Source: Obrimoposthia wandeli
Taxonomy: Eukaryota
Reading direction: 5' to 3'
Assembly (NCBI GenBank): GCA_977020255.1
Contig: CDROCS010000137.1
Span: forward strand, 62,001-126,000
Length of the DNA stretch: 64,000 bases
The notes under the pieces were generated by a model that was not told where the DNA came from, ran no database searches, and saw only the letters and a list, made by a program, of their open reading frames with translations. A program made the position numbers and the translations under genes. Within the stretch, counting starts at the first letter, position 1. Each line of letters begins with the position of its first letter. Shown here in pieces: positions 60,495-64,000 of the stretch.

Positions 60495-63400
60495 ATGGTA
60501 AGTTTATTGTTATTTTTCTGCTAATTTATTTATTTCTAGAATTGCAATATGAACAAAGAATTATGCTTCGAGGAGAGTCACAAGGAATGTGATAGAAAAA
60601 TGAAGAGCTACTTTGGACAGAAGTTCAACGGACAACAATTCTACGTATGTCCAGTATGTCTCTCCGCGGAGGAGATTGATTGGTCGGAGTTTGTGGTGCG
60701 TCATCGTATCCATCTTCGTCATTTCCAGCAACGTGGCAAGAAGGCCATCTTTCAGAATAGATCTGCTCATATTTCTCGGGTTGCTGGTCCAGTTGTTGCT
60801 GCTGTTCCAGTATCTGCCCAAATTTCTGCTGCTGTTACTACCCTAGTTGCTGCTGCTGTTCCAGTATCTACCCCAATTGCTGCCGCTCCAGTTACTAGTC
60901 CAGTTGCTTCACCAATGGTTCCAGTTATGCCTCCTCCAGTTGGTATGATCCCCGCGCCGTTACCAGCATCTACCCGCAAGAGAAGTGGTATGCCCACTTC
61001 AGGTAGCTCTGTTGCGAAGTTTTCCAGGGTTGATGCTGTTAAGCGTAAGACTAGTCTTCGGGGCACGATTGAGACATTGTCATTAGATGTTTCTAATGAC
61101 AATCTCATCGATTTACAAGTTCCTGTATCCCTTTTGACTAGCTTAAGGGACACAGTCAGCAAGTTTGCAACTTGCAAGGTTCAATTCGGGGTGCGTGTTG
61201 AATTTTCCAATATTGGAGAAACACGCGCTTGGAATTTTTCCAATAGAGGGCTCCCCATAGATGAGGGGTTTATAGATGTGGGAGTAGATGGGATCAACAA
61301 GAAGATTGAGAATTATTCTCAAAGTAGCAGTAATTGGGTAGTGAACCGCTTCCTGGAGATTTCGTTTGTTGTGACTAAAACAACAACAATGAACTATATC
61401 CAGGGAAGTAGTTATATACCTACTCCATCTGAGTTAGCACTCTCACATTGCGTGATCAATGTGCAGAACTCAAACACTTTCTGCTTCCTTTACAGTATCT
61501 TATCTGTACTTTTCCGCGAAGTATTTCGCTCTAATCCTCATCGGGTTAATCAATATGATGCCTTTTTGAGTCAATTAGTTTTTGATGAGAATGAGATGCC
61601 GATGCGTCTATGTAATATACCGCGATTTGAGAGAAAGAATCCATCTCTCTCAATCAACGTATTTACATTCAATAGGTTCTCTAATGTGCAAACAGATGGG
61701 GATATCTTCAAAAATCCCTATGTGGATGTCATTTACAGGACCACAAACCCGGACGCTAAACCAATCAATCTTCTCCTTTTAGAAAATAATGATAATTTTC
61801 ATTATGTCGGTATTCCTAAACTCAATAGGCTGCTTAATTATAGGAACAAAGGTGTATCTAATTGCATTCGGTGTACTTGGTGCCATAAATGTCTTCATGG
61901 ATTCCGTAGTCCGATAAGTTACGCCAAACACGTTCCGCTCTGTAGGATGAATTTAGATCATACAACACTTTATTCAATGCCTACAGAGAAGCATATTGAG
62001 TTTAAGGACTTTTCAAAAACGATTTATCCGCCTTTTGCTGTTTACGCGGACTTTGAGGCTGTGCTACCACCACATGGAATCCACCATCAGATTCAACTTC
62101 CAATCTCGGCCGGTATGCTCATGTCTCCCGTTGCAGCCACGAGAGGGTATACACATGATTACTCGGTCTTTACCGGAGAATCTTGTGTGGTATCCTTTGC
62201 AGAAATTAGAGTACTTGGCGAAAGAGGTTGTACTCCCATGGTACAAGAAGCATGCGATCGAGGTGATGCGACAACTCACACAGGAACAGGTATCGAGTTT
62301 CAATGCAGCAAGAATCTGTTACCTATGTAAGAAGAAACTCACAAACAAAGTTCGAGATCACGATCACATGACTGGCGAATACCTGGGAGCTGCACATGCA
62401 AAATGCAACTTATCAATGAGAATTAATCGATCTTTTCCCGTCATTTTTCATAATCTGATGGGTTATGACATGCACCACATATTGAAGCACGCACTGTGTA
62501 AGTTTCCTGACTGGAATGTATCTGTTATACCTCAATCAACAGAGAAATTCCAGGCTATGATGGTGTATATTGGAGGAGTCTGTATACGTTTCATCGATTC
62601 ACTTCAATTTTTGAACAGCAGCTTAGAAAAACTTGTGGAAAACCTGGGTGTGACTCCTCTTACACATTCGGTCTTCCCGCAACATCTGGTGAGCGCCAAG
62701 GGAATCTTCCCATACGATATGGCAGTATCAGAGACTGCTCTTCGCGCAATCACCAGCTTACCGCCAAAGTGGGATGAGAAGATCAAGCCAGCACAATATG
62801 AAATGGCGAAGATGGTCTGGACTCAGAGCGGCTGCTCATCGCTCTGGGACTATATGCTGGTCTATATGAAGATGGACGTCTACCTTCTAGCAGACGTGTT
62901 TACAGCATTCCGGACCAAGGCCATTGCTGACGATGGATTGGAGCCACTCAATTTCTTCTCCATCCCTGGTTTGTATTTTTATAATTTTTTCTAATTTTAG
63001 ACACTAACACACATATATACATGTATAAGAATAAATGTTACTATTGATTGCATAAAGATGCAAGTATTTGCAATATAGATGCGTGACTGTCTTTGTTAGA
63101 TAGATGATTTTCAAAGTAATAATTTTCACAATGATTTTCACAATGATTTTATTTCCAGGACTGACTTTCGCGAGTGCTTTCAAATCCCTGCTTCGTCCGG
63201 CTTCTTCTTCTGCTCCCGTTGTGCGAGTCGAGCTAATACAGGATCCAGAAATGTACCGACTCTTCCGGTCTGGGATTCGCGGGGGTATGACATTTGTTAA
63301 TGAACACTGCGTTGACGCCATCAATGGTACAGAACTTTTGTACATTGATGTAAATAATTTGTACGGGTGGGCTATGTCCCAGTTTTTACCTTGTGGTAAC

Positions 63401-63508
63401 TTTTCCTGGGTGACTGATCGGTTAGAGTTGGGGAATATTATTTCCAGCTTAAAATCAGCAGATTTATCCTGTAGTCGCTTCGCAGGTTTTTGCAATATAG
63501 ATGCGTGA
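60495..63508 (+). pseudogene. polB: Protein-primed DNA polymerase B with 2 introns (60498-60539; 62969-63158), a frameshift at 62196 and C-terminal truncation
   Basis: GSSYIP, VINVQN, Exo I VYADFE, endonuclease-VII-like RDHDHMTGEYLGAAH..CN, Exo II HNLMGYD, Exo III YMKMDV and Pol A YIDVNNLYG are present. Motifs KxxxNSxYG and YxDTDS are absent because the frame runs into the right TIR at 63482. Confidence 0.95.
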
Positions 63509-63994
63509 CTGTCTTTGTTAGATAGATATAGATTTAAAGTATGTTACTAAAAATAGAATCTTTTTGACTTCACCGTGACCTTAAGTTGTCCTCATGACGT
63601 CATGACCTTAACTTGACCTTAAAGTACATTGTCCTCATGACGTCATGACCTACATCTTGTCCTCATCGTGACCTCAAGTTGTCCTCATGACTTTAAATAA
63701 AAAATCATGTGTACTCGGGAGAAATTTGACCTACATCTGTCATAAAAAATTTGAATTCAAAAATTTTCGCGCAAATTTCAAAAATTTTGACCTATATTAT
63801 AAATTTTTTGCGTAAATTTTAAAAAATTTGACCTACATTTCAAATTTTTCGCGCAAATTTCAAAAATTTTGACCTAGATTTTTGTCCTCATCAAAAAATT
63901 TGACCTAGATTTTTTTTCCTCAGGGGGGGGGGGGTTCCCACGCTCTTGAAATTTTCCCACGGTCTTTGTTCCAGAAGTCACACATCCCCCTACT
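63482..63994 (-). repeat. Right terminal inverted repeat (513 bp) followed by TSD TAAGGG
   Basis: Reverse complement of 48579-49089. Confidence 0.97.
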
Positions 63995-64000
63995 TAAGGG

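Larger units (their letters stand above)
48579..63994 (+). mobile_element. Full-length Maverick/Polinton (endogenous polinton-like/adintovirus-like element), 15,416 bp
   Basis: Termini AGTAGGGGGATG...CATCCCCCTACT; TAAGGG at 48573-48578 and 63995-64000 (6-bp TSD); TIRs; INT, ATPase, mCP, MCP, protease and pPolB all present. Confidence 0.98.

Noticed and set aside
1-64000. tRNA, rRNA or other structured RNA genes
   Set aside because: None recognised by eye; a tRNAscan-SE/Infernal run would be needed to exclude them.

Overview
AT-rich animal genomic DNA. The host is not identifiable from sequence alone; metazoan origin is inferred from a spliced ionotropic glutamate receptor gene. The left ~38 kb holds the 5' half of a minus-strand kainate/AMPA-type iGluR gene. 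Eight exons can be joined in phase from the signal peptide at 37952 to the start of the S1 lobe at 278, apart from one unresolved link at 18736-17394. Its introns contain several minisatellites, one N-gap, decayed Tc1, pogo, LINE and possible Gypsy fragments, and a Maverick polB remnant. The main feature is a full-length Maverick/Polinton endogenous virus at 48579-63994 (15,416 bp). It has AGTAG termini, ~511-bp TIRs and an exact 6-bp TSD (TAAGGG). It carries the core genes: packaging ATPase, integrase with chromodomain, minor and major capsid proteins, adenain-like protease, DEDD-like exonuclease and pPolB. It also carries an unusual accessory block: a BIR+RING IAP, an intron-containing TATA-binding-protein (TBP) homologue, a dual-specificity phosphatase-like protein lacking its catalytic motif, and small ORFs. 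Ten element ORFs have a TATA motif 24-30 nt before the ATG. At least five short or medium GT-AG introns are predicted. The TIRs are dense in AGGTCA half-sites and CRE palindromes. Together these suggest an endogenous virus with its own TBP-centred transcription programme (inference). As assembled the copy is defective: polB lacks its C-terminal catalytic half, the integrase 5' part is tandemly duplicated, and there are four frameshifts, all in homopolymer runs, which may be sequencing errors. A diverged Maverick fragment lies directly left of it.
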